Below, piece by piece: positions 7,905 to 18,151 of a DNA stretch of 64,000 nt; position 1 is the first letter of the stretch, and each line of letters begins with the position of its first letter. The notes below the pieces were generated by a model. The model saw nothing but the letters and a program-made list of their open reading frames with translations, was not told the DNA's origin and ran no database searches. Source of the stretch: an uncultured virus (IMG/VR IMGVR_UViG_3300017732_000002) (lineage: Duplodnaviria > Heunggongvirae > Uroviricota > Caudoviricetes). The stretch lies in IMG/VR virus record IMGVR_UViG_3300017732_000002; one strand, 5' to 3'. Both the position numbers and the translations under genes were made by a program.

Positions 7905-8872
7905 TCTTCTATCTTCGTAAATTCTAAGTGTTCGTAATTGTTTACAAAAAATGATTTATTGTGTGTCACTTCCCAACCTTTGACCCAATTCGTCATTTTT
8001 TCATGTTCCATGCTATCAATGTCTTGTTGCATGTACGGATTCTCTCTTCCGTCATATCTCAAGACACCTATCTTTTCCCTTGACCATTCACTTGCTTCAT
8101 AGTGAAACTCAGCACCTGACTGACCACAATGACTCAATTTACTTGCGTCTTTTGTATAGTAGTGCAAAAACATATGATATGAATAGTCACCCATAAAAGT
8201 ATCTCGCCAGTGTACCACATTTGGGCCATGATACAAGAGGATATCTCCAACTTCTAAGTCTACATCAATAGCATTCTTTCTTTTTCTAATAGGAATGCCT
8301 TGAGTTTGTTCAAAGACTTTGTTTTCATTCATTGCAGGGTCACTAGATGTATCCACCCAGTTCCTAGTGTTATCTAACCATATTTTCCATGGTTTGTCAT
8401 TATCTGATTGATATCCTAAACAGATAGTGGCACTTATTTCACATGAGGGTCTATCAGAATGTGCTCTTAGATATGCACCTCTATCATATTTTCTAGTGAA
8501 AGAATAAGTTTGTTCCAACTCTATATCAAGTCTTTTATCTAATTCTTTATGTAACCACCTATGCATTGCAACTCCCATAGGTGTGGTATGTCCACCTCTA
8601 GAAGTATTGTGTGAAGAAACAGGACTATTTGGTATTGGTTCTAATTCTTCGTCAAAGACAGCTGCGTATGCGTCAGGCCATGGTTCAATTGTTTTCCATG
8701 TATCTAATGCAAAATCTGTTATTTCTTTTGGTATAACATTACGTAAGACTAAGTAACGGTCTTTTATGAGTTTGACTGTATCGTCATTCATAAATCCGTG
8801 TGCGTCTTTCCCGTAATTCGGGCCGTCTTTATATGTTACTCTATATGGCACAAGCGTCACAATCCTCTTCAT
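7901..8872 (-). CDS. 2OG-Fe(II) oxygenase-like protein inserted between nrdA and nrdB
   Basis: TYSFTRKY, HSDRPSCEISAT, GDILLYHG..VVHWR, FLHY; track start 8890. Confidence 0.8.
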   Translation of the reverse strand: MKRIVTLVPYRVTYKDGPNYGKDAHGFMNDDTVKLIKDRYLVLRNVIPKEITDFALDTWKTIEPWPDAYAAVFDEELEPIPNSPVSSHNTSRGGHTTPMGVAMHRWLHKELDKRLDIELEQTYSFTRKYDRGAYLRAHSDRPSCEISATICLGYQSDNDKPWKIWLDNTRNWVDTSSDPAMNENKVFEQTQGIPIRKRKNAIDVDLEVGDILLYHGPNVVHWRDTFMGDYSYHMFLHYYTKDASKLSHCGQSGAEFHYEASEWSREKIGVLRYDGRENPYMQQDIDSMEHEKMTNWVKGWEVTHNKSFFVNNYEHLEFTKIEE

Positions 8873-11183
8873 CGAATGGGTCATGCCCACTCATTACATT
8901 AGCTGCGTCATCTACTGCGGAAGGCAATTCTTCTTTCACAACGTCTTCTTCTTTACCGTCCATAGTATTATGGTAGTAAGAAGTTTTCCACCCATATTTA
9001 TATGTATTGAGCAAGTCATTTGCCATAACAGACACAGGAACTTCACCATTTTCATAGTTCTCAGGGTTGTATGACCAGTTACCACTAATACCTTGGTCAA
9101 AGAACTTTTGCATAACTGCAACTACTTTGATATATCCAAGATTATCTTTCATATCCCATAGCAATGTATAGAAGTTCTTGAGTTGTGTATACTGAGGTAC
9201 AACCTGTTTAAGTGTTCCCTTCTTACTCTTCTTAACTGACAAGTGGTCTCTAGGTGGTTCAATACCATTTGTCGCATTTGATACAACACTAGACGATTCA
9301 CTAGGCATTTGTGCACTAAGTGTAGAATGTCTCATACCATGTTCTAGGACTTCGCCACGTAGCGCCTCCCAGTCTTTCTTATACTTTATAGTTACTAGGT
9401 CGTCCACGTCCTTTTTGTACGTATCTATGGGTAATATGCCCTTCGCATACTTAGTTTTATGGTGCCAATCATTCTTACCCTTCTCTTTTGCAACGTTAAT
9501 AGACGCTTTGATAAGTGAATATTGAAACTCTTCTGTTAGTTCATGGATTAACTGTAAAGATTCTTCACTTCCATATTGTGCTTTGTTCTTTGCAAGATAA
9601 TGTGCGAGACCAATATATCCTATACCAAGACTTCTTCTCTTGATTGTTGATATCTCAGCGGCTTTCACAGGGTATTCTTGATAGTCAATCAATTCGTCAA
9701 GTGCTCTGACTGATAGGTCACATAAGTGTTCTATCTCGTCCAACTTAACAATACCTACGTTGACTGCACTTAAAATACACAATGCAATCTCACCTTTATA
9801 ATCGTCAATAGATTGTATAGGTTTTGTAGGTAGAGTGATTTCCTGACAAAGATTACTCATGTTCACTTTGTCAAGGAAAGCACTATGTGTGTTGCAGTGG
9901 TCTATATTCATGATATAGATTCTGCCAGTCTCTGCTCTTTCTTTTAGTAAATCTGTTATCAATTCTCTAGCATTTACCTTAGTCTTTGGAATACTAGTTG
10001 CACGTTCATACTTCTCGTACAATTCGTCAAACTCAGGCGTTCCAAATGCGTCATATAGACCTTCTACAACGTGTGGTGAGAACAATGTAATGTCCTCGTT
10101 TTTGAGGAATCTCTGATAAAAGAGTTCACTCATTTGAATAGAGTAGTCTAGTTTCCTAACTCTATTGTCTTCTGTTCCCTTGTTATTCTTGAGAACAATA
10201 ATATCGTTAATCTCTTGGTGCCAGATAGGAAAGTGTACTGTTGCACTCCCACCTCTTACACCGTTTTGTGTACAACAACGAACTGTAGATTCAAACTTCT
10301 TGAGGAATGGTATAACTCCTGTGTGTTGTACTTCACCACCACGAATCTTTGCACCTAATCCTCTGATACGTCCTGCGTTGATACCAATACCAGCACGTTG
10401 TGCTACATATTTTCCAATCGCCATATCACTTGAGAAAATAGAATCAAGAGAATCGTCACTGTCAACCAATACACAACTTGCAAATTGTTTGAGTGGTGTC
10501 CTTACACCTGCCATAATAGGTGTAGGAATATTAATCTTAAATGTAGAAATTGCGTCATAGTAATTCTTTACATACCATAACCTGTTCTTCTCACCATGAC
10601 CATTGTATTTTTGAAACAATGTCATAGCAATCATCATATACATAAACTGTGGTGTCTCATACAGTTCACCTGTACTTCTATCTTGTACAAGATACTTGTC
10701 TACTATCTGTTGTAAACCTGCATAAGTAAAATCAAAATCTCTTTGGTGTCTTATATAACTATTGCACGTATCGATTTCTTCTTCTGTATAATGTTTTAGA
10801 ATCTCTTTGGTGTAAACACCTTGCTCTATGTTCTTTCCAATCATATCATACAGTCTAGGATATATGTCTTTACCGTCTTTCCATTTAGTTCCAAAAACTT
10901 GTTTCTGTAGTGCAAACAATAAAAGTCTAGACGCTACAAACTGATAGTTAGGACTTTGTAATGAAATCAAATCTGAGGCTGACCTAATAAGGATACTCTG
11001 AATGTCCTTGGTTGTGATTCCGTCATAGAATTGAAGACCACTATTCATTTCAACTAATGATTCAGAAACACCTGTAACGTTTTTACAAGCGGCTGTAACC
11101 ATAACATGAATTTTTTCTAGATTAATTTCTACACGTGAACCATCGCTCTTTACTACCTTAATATCTCCATTGTCATGTGTCAT
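8841..11183 (-). CDS. nrdA: ribonucleotide reductase class Ia alpha subunit
   Basis: ATP cone, PTPIMAGVRTP, QFASCVL, SNLCQEI, KTSYY, C-terminal CDAC. Confidence 0.97.
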   Translation of the reverse strand: MTHDNGDIKVVKSDGSRVEINLEKIHVMVTAACKNVTGVSESLVEMNSGLQFYDGITTKDIQSILIRSASDLISLQSPNYQFVASRLLLFALQKQVFGTKWKDGKDIYPRLYDMIGKNIEQGVYTKEILKHYTEEEIDTCNSYIRHQRDFDFTYAGLQQIVDKYLVQDRSTGELYETPQFMYMMIAMTLFQKYNGHGEKNRLWYVKNYYDAISTFKINIPTPIMAGVRTPLKQFASCVLVDSDDSLDSIFSSDMAIGKYVAQRAGIGINAGRIRGLGAKIRGGEVQHTGVIPFLKKFESTVRCCTQNGVRGGSATVHFPIWHQEINDIIVLKNNKGTEDNRVRKLDYSIQMSELFYQRFLKNEDITLFSPHVVEGLYDAFGTPEFDELYEKYERATSIPKTKVNARELITDLLKERAETGRIYIMNIDHCNTHSAFLDKVNMSNLCQEITLPTKPIQSIDDYKGEIALCILSAVNVGIVKLDEIEHLCDLSVRALDELIDYQEYPVKAAEISTIKRRSLGIGYIGLAHYLAKNKAQYGSEESLQLIHELTEEFQYSLIKASINVAKEKGKNDWHHKTKYAKGILPIDTYKKDVDDLVTIKYKKDWEALRGEVLEHGMRHSTLSAQMPSESSSVVSNATNGIEPPRDHLSVKKSKKGTLKQVVPQYTQLKNFYTLLWDMKDNLGYIKVVAVMQKFFDQGISGNWSYNPENYENGEVPVSVMANDLLNTYKYGWKTSYYHNTMDGKEEDVVKEELPSAVDDAANVMSGHDPFDEEDCDACAI

Positions 11184-12205
11184 GTTTTTTTATACTCCTG
11201 TAACTTAAGTTTAGCAGAAAGGCCTGAATAAGTGCAAGAGTTTATAACTTCCACGATTTCATTTTGTGTCATGCCGTTCATTATCATATCATTAATATCT
11301 TTGAGTCCTTCGACTCTTTTATCACCCCAAATACATACGGTAAATCCGAGGTCAATAACCTCGTCAATCTTTTTAACTATCTCAGTGTTTCGTGGTTCGT
11401 TATCATAAATTATTATTGCATTCTCTTTTAGATTTTGTATCTTTTTAAAATCACTACCGCCAACTGCTATAGAGTTAGGTAGGAATAGACTATCTATCGG
11501 CCCTTCTGTGACATAGATTGTCTTTGACTTGTCCACATTGTTGATGTTGTAGATGAGTGGTACGTCATCTACGAATCTCATGGTTAAGTATCTCAAGGGC
11601 GTGTCGTTGATTGCCCTGCCACTTACACCAATCAATTCACCATTCTCTGAATAAAATGGGAAAACTATTCTAGGGTCTTTGCCTAATTCTCTATTTCTGT
11701 ACTTACTACTTAAGAAAGACAGACTTTGTGCTTGAGTAACATACCATAGTTCTCTGATAATAGAGTCGTCTAACTGTCGGTCTTGAAGGTATTCTCTTGA
11801 TTCCGTCTTTTCCCATGCACGAACAGCGACTGCTGACAAATCGTCCCTAGTCGTATTTAGAATGTTCTTACTTTTAAACTTAAAGTCGTTTGCACTTGGC
11901 ATTTTCTGTTTCTTGACTTTAACTTTACCGCCTTTTTCCTGTAGATATTCTTTCAGATATTCTCTGTGGATATCAGGAAAGTGGTCTTTTAAGAAGTGGA
12001 CGGACGAAGTAGACTTGCCACAATTGTGACATTTGTATATAAAGTTTTGGTCTACCTGAAAGTGATATCCCCTTGCCTTGTGTTTATTCTTTTGTGAATC
12101 ACCACAATAGGGACACCTGTGATTTAGTGTCTTATCGTTCTTCCACTTGCAGACATCGAGTCTCGATGCCACCATAGACAAATATTTGCGTTCTAACCAT
12201 ATCAT
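11180..12205 (-). CDS. gp61: DNA primase (T4 gp61-like)
   Basis: RCPYCGDS/YKCHNCG zinc finger, TEGPIDSLFL TOPRIM, DNEPRN, KDINDM. Confidence 0.95.
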   Translation of the reverse strand: MIWLERKYLSMVASRLDVCKWKNDKTLNHRCPYCGDSQKNKHKARGYHFQVDQNFIYKCHNCGKSTSSVHFLKDHFPDIHREYLKEYLQEKGGKVKVKKQKMPSANDFKFKSKNILNTTRDDLSAVAVRAWEKTESREYLQDRQLDDSIIRELWYVTQAQSLSFLSSKYRNRELGKDPRIVFPFYSENGELIGVSGRAINDTPLRYLTMRFVDDVPLIYNINNVDKSKTIYVTEGPIDSLFLPNSIAVGGSDFKKIQNLKENAIIIYDNEPRNTEIVKKIDEVIDLGFTVCIWGDKRVEGLKDINDMIMNGMTQNEIVEVINSCTYSGLSAKLKLQEYKKT

Positions 12206-12213
12206 GTCTAGCC

Positions 12214-12250
12214 ATTATACTAGATAGATATGGTTTGAACAAGGTGTTTT
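12214..12250 (-). promoter_or_regulatory. class M promoter for primase/nrd operon
   Basis: AAAACAC-CTTGTT-N18-TATAAT-N8-ATG. Confidence 0.55.
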
Positions 12251-12491
12251 ATTCAGAATCTTCTAGAGGTTCTTCTTTAGTTCCGCCTTCACCGTCAGGC
12301 ACGACATGGTAGTCAATCCCTGCGACTTCTTCTCCTGCTAACCATTTCTCTAGTTTTTCATTGTACTCTACCATAGCACCTTCATATGATTTCATCATAA
12401 GTTTGTACCCTTCACTGTTTTTATCAGTTTTAGGTGATGGCCCTAGGTCAGGTTTTACTAGTGGAAAGTCTTCTGCTTTTCTATCACTCAT
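12249..12491 (-). CDS. hypothetical protein
   Basis: ORF track, SD GGAG, operon-coupled. Confidence 0.65.
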   Translation of the reverse strand: MSDRKAEDFPLVKPDLGPSPKTDKNSEGYKLMMKSYEGAMVEYNEKLEKWLAGEEVAGIDYHVVPDGEGGTKEEPLEDSE

Positions 12492-13296
12492 TTCTATCTC
12501 CTAAGAATGTAGTTTTATTTAGGTTTTTTTTCGGCACTCTAACAACAATTCTAGGTTGTTCTGGCGCTTTATAATTTGCTATCAAACTCGTAGCAGTTAT
12601 TAACAACAATAGTGCGAGAGGGTCAAATACAAATATCAATGCAATGATTACCCACCTTACCGCATTGTCCAAATAGTTTTGTGCCTCGTCTTGTCCGTAT
12701 AACATTTCTGCAACGTACTTAATTGGCCCAATCTCCCCTTCTTGTTCTAACTGCAATCTTTGAAAAGGTAATTTCTCTTCATTCAATTGTACTATATCAT
12801 CTACGACTGTGTCAATATCATTTCCGATTTCTTGTCGTTCTTCTTTCTGTCGTCTATCAATATAGTTTCTATCTTGAGGTCTAGCAGTTGCAATAATGTT
12901 ATCTAGGTTTGCAATCCTATCTTCCAGTCTCTGTAATTCGTTGTTTTTTGCGTCAAGTCTTTTCTCTATGATAGACATTTCTAGTGAGTATGAATCACCC
13001 TGTAGTGTTTGTTCTATGTTTGCTTTAGATAGGAAACCAAATATACCCAGTGAGGTAATCAACATGAGAACAAATACTGAAAATGCAAGATAATATTTCA
13101 TATAGTTCAATTGATTCCAAAACAAATGAACATAAGCCGCTGTGACTATCTTACCAAATTCTAGTGCACTCATCATGACTATCGTGGACATATACGCACC
13201 AGCAAATATAATCCCCATACCTATTACTGAAAAATAGGCGGCGATACCTGCTATCATTAGACTGGTGGCTAATGCCAAATAGTTTAGAAATTTCAT
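12484..13296 (-). CDS. conserved T4-like membrane protein (3 TM, coiled coil, 1 TM)
   Basis: IAAYFSVIG, LEFGK, LMLITSLGIFGFLSKA, IGPIKYVA, IFVFDPLA. Confidence 0.75.
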   Translation of the reverse strand: MKFLNYLALATSLMIAGIAAYFSVIGMGIIFAGAYMSTIVMMSALEFGKIVTAAYVHLFWNQLNYMKYYLAFSVFVLMLITSLGIFGFLSKANIEQTLQGDSYSLEMSIIEKRLDAKNNELQRLEDRIANLDNIIATARPQDRNYIDRRQKEERQEIGNDIDTVVDDIVQLNEEKLPFQRLQLEQEGEIGPIKYVAEMLYGQDEAQNYLDNAVRWVIIALIFVFDPLALLLLITATSLIANYKAPEQPRIVVRVPKKNLNKTTFLGDRNE

Positions 13297-13299
13297 AAT

Positions 13300-14061
13300 T
13301 TATTTTGGTTTTCTAGTCCAAAGCTCAAAAAATCTTTTGTCTTGTTTCCTTTTCTTTCTCATTGTGGGTGGCATTGCAATGCCTGGCCCTGTTGCGTTCA
13401 CTGGTGCATCTTCATTTAATTTATCTTCTCTCATGTATCCCATTAAATCATCTGCAAGTTGAATACCTGCGGAATAATCGGAAGGATAATGTAGACCTGC
13501 TTCTACTCGTCCCCAACCACATATATATGCACCTTTGAATAATCCTTCTCTATGGTCAGGATATTTACTTGCATAGTAATTAGCAACAACTCTAGACTGC
13601 ACTGCGTGTCCACTTGGATATGCAGGACTTTTTGCAGTTGTTGTTACATATGGTTTAAATTCCATATTTAATGCTTCTGCTAATTGGTATGGTCTTGGTC
13701 GGTTAAAGAAGTTTTTGTAATGTTTGATAACGGGACTGCACTGGTCTTCCATGTATTCAATCGTATCAACATTAAACTCTAAATCATTTTGTTCCATATA
13801 TGCTTTGATATAGTAAGAACCGTCTTCGTCACAATCTACGTATTGTCTTTTAGTTATTGCGGTAGTATTTTTTAGAAGTTCTTGTATCTTCTTAATGTCA
13901 TCTACCGTAGCAGTTGAATTGTTTGCTGGTGGCGGTGCAGTCATTATTTTCTGCCAACCAGTATCCCATAAATCTATTTTATTGTATTTTGGTTTCTTCA
14001 ACTCCGCTTGGTGTTTGAAGACCATGTCATTTACTTTTGTAACTTCCTCAATAAACATCAT
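13300..14061 (-). CDS. PAP2/acid phosphatase-haloperoxidase superfamily protein
   Basis: K-x5-RPRP, SPAYPSGH, GRVEAGLHYPSD catalytic motifs. Confidence 0.85.
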   Translation of the reverse strand: MMFIEEVTKVNDMVFKHQAELKKPKYNKIDLWDTGWQKIMTAPPPANNSTATVDDIKKIQELLKNTTAITKRQYVDCDEDGSYYIKAYMEQNDLEFNVDTIEYMEDQCSPVIKHYKNFFNRPRPYQLAEALNMEFKPYVTTTAKSPAYPSGHAVQSRVVANYYASKYPDHREGLFKGAYICGWGRVEAGLHYPSDYSAGIQLADDLMGYMREDKLNEDAPVNATGPGIAMPPTMRKKRKQDKRFFELWTRKPK

Positions 14062-14647
14062 CTGCTGTTACCAATACTCTGTGTTCTTCTAGAAATCCTA
14101 TGTAAACAGGAACACCATACACTATACTATGTTCTGCTACAATCTTTATAGGTGATTTTGGTCTATATCTATTATCATTTTGATAGATGGCAAGTCTAAG
14201 ATTGTATGTGACTCCCACACGTAAGTCTGCAAGATTTATAGTTTCTTGTAGTGTCTCAGACGTGACTAAATTTTTCTCCTTTAAGTGTCTGTAAAACTTT
14301 TCACATAACTCGTCTGCTTGGTCTTCTGTTAATCTTGTTTCTTCTTTGAGTAATGCGAGTGCTACTGCGTATGAGGCAAATGCTGATTTACCAAATGGTA
14401 TTTTTTCTATAAGTTTTTTTAGATTGAATACCAATCTATGTAATGGTGTAAGTGACGCTTTCTCATCAGACGTAGTAGGTTTGTTTTCTAGTTTTACTGC
14501 AGGATTCTTTGGGTCGGGTTTATGCGTGATTCTTTTACCGTTCTTATCAATGAAACCGAACTTGTATGCTTGCGTTTTCACGAAAGGTGTTGTTAACATC
14601 TTAAGTATACGGAATACAATTAGCGTGTCTATTATTCGGGTGGCCAT
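14048..14647 (-). CDS. conserved T4-like late protein
   Basis: FRILKMLTTPF..AYKFGFIDKNG, LHRLVFNLKKL, FASYAVALALLKE; late promoter upstream. Confidence 0.75.
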   Translation of the reverse strand: MATRIIDTLIVFRILKMLTTPFVKTQAYKFGFIDKNGKRITHKPDPKNPAVKLENKPTTSDEKASLTPLHRLVFNLKKLIEKIPFGKSAFASYAVALALLKEETRLTEDQADELCEKFYRHLKEKNLVTSETLQETINLADLRVGVTYNLRLAIYQNDNRYRPKSPIKIVAEHSIVYGVPVYIGFLEEHRVLVTADDVY

Positions 14648-14652
14648 ATATC

Positions 14653-14660
14653 TATTTATA
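14653..14660 (-). promoter_or_regulatory. late promoter TATAAATA
   Basis: TATAAATA-N5-ATG. Confidence 0.75.
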
Positions 14661-15027
14661 CCTCTCGAAGGGTCATTGCAAGAGTTTCGTCTATTGGAAC
14701 CTCTACTTCAAATCCCTCTTCAACGTATCCAAGATATATAAGCATTGTTTTGATTGACGACCAATAACCTTGGTCTTTGATTTTAAACTTTAACATTCTC
14801 ATTGACGCTTCATATCCAAAGACATTGAAAATACAAATGAGGTGATTAAGCATGAGACGTTCTCTAAGTTCTCCGTGTTGATAGTATCTAAAGAGAAGTC
14901 TTTTAAGGTATCGGAACCTACGTAAGTCTTCATAAAAATCTTCCATGTCCTCACACTGAGGGTCATCATAGTGTTTTATTGCGTAGGCGGCGAAGTTCTT
15001 AGCTGTAAGTTTGTCAAATAGACTCAT
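14656..15027 (-). CDS. conserved T4-like hypothetical protein
   Basis: NFAAYAIKHYDDPQC..EDFYEDLRRFRYLKRL..ERLMLNH. Confidence 0.8.
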   Translation of the reverse strand: MSLFDKLTAKNFAAYAIKHYDDPQCEDMEDFYEDLRRFRYLKRLLFRYYQHGELRERLMLNHLICIFNVFGYEASMRMLKFKIKDQGYWSSIKTMLIYLGYVEEGFEVEVPIDETLAMTLREV

Positions 15028-15073
15028 AATAATATATTTTTGTTTACACTAGTATATAGTGTAAGGAAGAAGA

Positions 15074-15472
15074 TTAGACTAATGAACCGTATACTTTAAA
15101 TGAACCTGATTCTAATTTCTCAGTTCTGATTTTCATAGTATAGTTCATAGATTCTTCTTCAATTTCGTCATGAGGAGTATCTACTGATTTACCCATGATA
15201 TCTCCGTAACGTTTGAAAGAGATTTCAAACTCTCCACTTTCGTTCATGTCCATGTCGTTTATATTTCCGTCATGTGACAATCCAAGTAAAGCAAGTTTTG
15301 CTTCCATTTGTGCAACAGCAGCTTTTGGATTTATGTATTCCATAGAAGCAGTGTGACCTAAAATTGCATTGAGTCTTGTTTTAATTTCTGCGTCATCTAT
15401 GTTGTGTTCCCCACCCATTCCTTCGTATGAATGGTCAAGGTCTTCTACTAGATATGTTTTAAAAGTTTTCAT
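15074..15472 (-). CDS. probable head/internal protein
   Basis: Likely start MKTFKTYLVE (capsid-targeting-like); GATAAATA-N5-ATG; track start 15505. Confidence 0.65.
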   Translation of the reverse strand: MKTFKTYLVEDLDHSYEGMGGEHNIDDAEIKTRLNAILGHTASMEYINPKAAVAQMEAKLALLGLSHDGNINDMDMNESGEFEISFKRYGDIMGKSVDTPHDEIEEESMNYTMKIRTEKLESGSFKVYGSLV

Positions 15473-15486
15473 ATGTGTATTTATCC

Positions 15487-16386
15487 TTATTTTGTGCCTG
15501 GCCAACCATAATCCTGAATTATTTCAAGCCCATTGACAATAGCGTCTTCACAATTTAAATAGCCTGACAGAACGAATATATTTTCATTACCAGTTACGTC
15601 TGACATGCCATATTGCCATGGCCAAGGGAAATCACTTGGTGCTTCCCTTCTGTCTTTTCCATTGATTGTTTTTATACCCTTTTTATTTTCTGTACCTACT
15701 TCTAACATTTCAGTAACTTCTTTAGGTTTCTGACCTACAATGAAATGTCCATGGTGAGATACACCAATTGATTTAAAGAATTGGATTAAAGGAACCATAG
15801 ATATCTTAGTAGGGTCTGAGGCAAATCCTTTTTCATGCGGTAATAATTTCCAACGGTTTAATATATCTGCACTTGTTTCACCAGTAGCTGGATTATCATT
15901 CCACATTGCATGATTTGTAAGACCTAGTTTGTCTCTAAAGTCTCCGCTTCCACCGTTAATTTTCCAGTCGTTTTCTAACTGTTCCGTTATTGATTCTGAA
16001 CAACCCCACCAGTATTTTGGAGATACCAATGCACCGTCTCCTTCGTTTATTGTTGAATTGCAGGGGTGACAGAAACTAGTAAAGATTATAGGGCAAGTAT
16101 TTTCTGTAGGGTGTGCTTCAAGGCCTAATGGGTCATCGGGATTTATTTTTGCGTTACCTACAGAGGCGTCACCTGTTGATTGGTCTTGCCAACGAATGTT
16201 TCTAAATCTACCACTAGGAAAATTATCTTGAACTTTTTTTAATGAAGCTTTCCATTCGGTTACAAATTCTTCGTTTGATTCTTCTGTGAAACGAGTATTG
16301 TATTTTCTACGACTTAATTCAGACTGAACCAGTCTGTCTATTTCACTTTCGGACAGGGTTCTGTCCATCGTAACTTGATACGCCAT
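15487..16386 (-). CDS. hypothetical protein
   Basis: 299-aa ORF with SD in late cluster. Confidence 0.7.
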   Translation of the reverse strand: MAYQVTMDRTLSESEIDRLVQSELSRRKYNTRFTEESNEEFVTEWKASLKKVQDNFPSGRFRNIRWQDQSTGDASVGNAKINPDDPLGLEAHPTENTCPIIFTSFCHPCNSTINEGDGALVSPKYWWGCSESITEQLENDWKINGGSGDFRDKLGLTNHAMWNDNPATGETSADILNRWKLLPHEKGFASDPTKISMVPLIQFFKSIGVSHHGHFIVGQKPKEVTEMLEVGTENKKGIKTINGKDRREAPSDFPWPWQYGMSDVTGNENIFVLSGYLNCEDAIVNGLEIIQDYGWPGTK

Positions 16387-16400
16387 AATATATGTTTACC

Positions 16401-16664
16401 TTATGTAGTTATTGCAACACCAACACCTAAAACTGAAGCGTGGGCGGCAAAGATTTCATCTGACGGGTCTTTCTGTACAAACTCAACTCCATTTGCTTTT
16501 AGAGTGAATGTACCGATAAGTGCATTTGCAGATGTTTCTATTGATACGAGTCTGTCTGTAGCACCACTATTGCATAGTCTAACTACAGTTGAACTGCCAA
16601 AGTTAGAACCATTAGTAGTAGATGTACCGCAAGCAGCTTCTGAACCTAATACTTTAATTTTCAT
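16401..16664 (-). CDS. small beta-rich putative structural protein
   Basis: 87 aa, GAGG SD, Ser/Thr/Gly-rich. Confidence 0.65.
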   Translation of the reverse strand: MKIKVLGSEAACGTSTTNGSNFGSSTVVRLCNSGATDRLVSIETSANALIGTFTLKANGVEFVQKDPSDEIFAAHASVLGVGVAITT

Positions 16665-16674
16665 TGATTACCTC

Positions 16675-17565
16675 TTAATCATAAGGTGGATACTTTCCAC
16701 CAAGTTTTATTGAACTTATTGGCCAACCACATGGTTTAATGTCATCGGGTAAAGCCGCATAATGAGGGTCATTTTGTCGGATTCCTGTTGTAAATGCAGG
16801 TGTTGTGTTATCGTCAACATATCCAAATACTGGAGCTGCTTCTACAGTTTGACCTGCCATTGAACCTCTTGGTATAGTACCCTCGTCACCATACTGTTTC
16901 ATCATGTCAAAGACTGATTTTATCCAGTTCTTTTGAATGGTTCCACTAAATTGATTCAATATTTTTTTGTACCCGTCTAAACCAATTGTTCTGTGTATTT
17001 TTTCAAAGGTAGTGTTTTGTACATACCAAGAATAATACCATGAGCTTGACGTTGTACCGTCTGATAAAGGTAAATTCAAAGATAAATCAGTAATGATACA
17101 ATCGTTTCTGTAGTCTCCTGATTGACCATTAGCTTCCCAAAGTTTCTTTAAGTCAGCGTCTTCTCTAATCAAGTATGCGTCCGAATCTTCATAAGTTTTC
17201 GGATTCGTATCTTCTTTAAATTTACATGCAATCAACAACAGTAAAGCACGAATATCAGAACCTTCATATACTCTAAGGAAGTAACAATCTACTAAATCCT
17301 TAAGATATCCAGTTCTGAAATCCGTTAAATACTGTTTCAGTTTTACTTTAGCGTCTGCTTCGTCTGTGCAAACATACGGATTCTTTTCCGCATCTCCAAA
17401 AAGATTAGGCCACGCTTGGTGTTTATAAAACCTATTCTTATTTGCTTCCCACAGAGCGTCATATTCCGCATCACTAATCATAGTGGTTTTATCCATTTCA
17501 CTAGTTAGTGTGGATACGTCACAGTTTCCTAGTTCTGCGTCTCCCGACTTATCAAAATTTGCCAT
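16675..17565 (-). CDS. hypothetical protein
   Basis: 296-aa ORF with SD. Confidence 0.7.
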   Translation of the reverse strand: MANFDKSGDAELGNCDVSTLTSEMDKTTMISDAEYDALWEANKNRFYKHQAWPNLFGDAEKNPYVCTDEADAKVKLKQYLTDFRTGYLKDLVDCYFLRVYEGSDIRALLLLIACKFKEDTNPKTYEDSDAYLIREDADLKKLWEANGQSGDYRNDCIITDLSLNLPLSDGTTSSSWYYSWYVQNTTFEKIHRTIGLDGYKKILNQFSGTIQKNWIKSVFDMMKQYGDEGTIPRGSMAGQTVEAAPVFGYVDDNTTPAFTTGIRQNDPHYAALPDDIKPCGWPISSIKLGGKYPPYD

Positions 17566-17583
17566 AATATATTCCCTTTATTG

Positions 17584-18135
17584 TTAAGCTGTAACAGTTA
17601 TTGTTCCAGCAGCTGTTCCTATTCCTGCAACATTAGTGATAGTTGCGTTACCACCACCTGCTGTGTCAACAATAGTTCCACTATTTAACGACATTGCGTT
17701 TGCACCAATACTTAGTACGTCACCTGCGTCTGTAGCTGCGTTTGCGGCTCCAATTGCAAGACTGAATACAAGTTCGTTAGTGGTTGAACCACTAGCATAC
17801 GATAATGTATGGTTTGCATTGTTGTCATTAACAACAGTTAGTTGTGGTGTTCCACTTACAGTCACATTCTCGTTGAAGAATACTTTAACTGATAATGTTC
17901 CACCATCTGATTTATCAAATGCTGTTGTAACAAAATCAATTTCTGTAATGTCTGCCTGCCCAATACCAACGGCAAGGTCTGCACCAGTAGCAACCAAAAT
18001 CTCTTCTAGATTTCTAGAACCTACAGTTTTTTTAAGAACCCAACCTTCTGGCTTAGCAATAGTGTTTTTCTTATCGGCGTCTGAAAGATACTTTGGTTTA
18101 CTTTCATCGCTATCTGATACTCCCCATAGTGCCAT
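17584..18135 (-). CDS. putative virion structural protein (MALWG N-terminus, Ig-like C-terminal domain)
   Basis: MALWG..DE.KPKYL..GWV motif plus VFFNENVTVSGTPQL..YASGSTTNELVFS Ig-like strand pattern. Confidence 0.7.
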   Translation of the reverse strand: MALWGVSDSDESKPKYLSDADKKNTIAKPEGWVLKKTVGSRNLEEILVATGADLAVGIGQADITEIDFVTTAFDKSDGGTLSVKVFFNENVTVSGTPQLTVVNDNNANHTLSYASGSTTNELVFSLAIGAANAATDAGDVLSIGANAMSLNSGTIVDTAGGGNATITNVAGIGTAAGTITVTA

Positions 18136-18151
18136 TTTTATTTCCTCTCGT

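Noticed and set aside
6807..11183. Group I introns or inteins in nrdA/nrdB (also checked gp43, gp41)
   Set aside because: ORFs are uninterrupted and of normal length with no intein termini or homing endonuclease motifs. The gene between nrdA and nrdB is a 2OG oxygenase.
15487..17565. Paralogy between the 299-aa and 296-aa hypothetical proteins
   Set aside because: Only similar size and a weak N-terminal resemblance (MDRTLSESEID vs MDKTTMISDAEYD), which is insufficient without a profile alignment.
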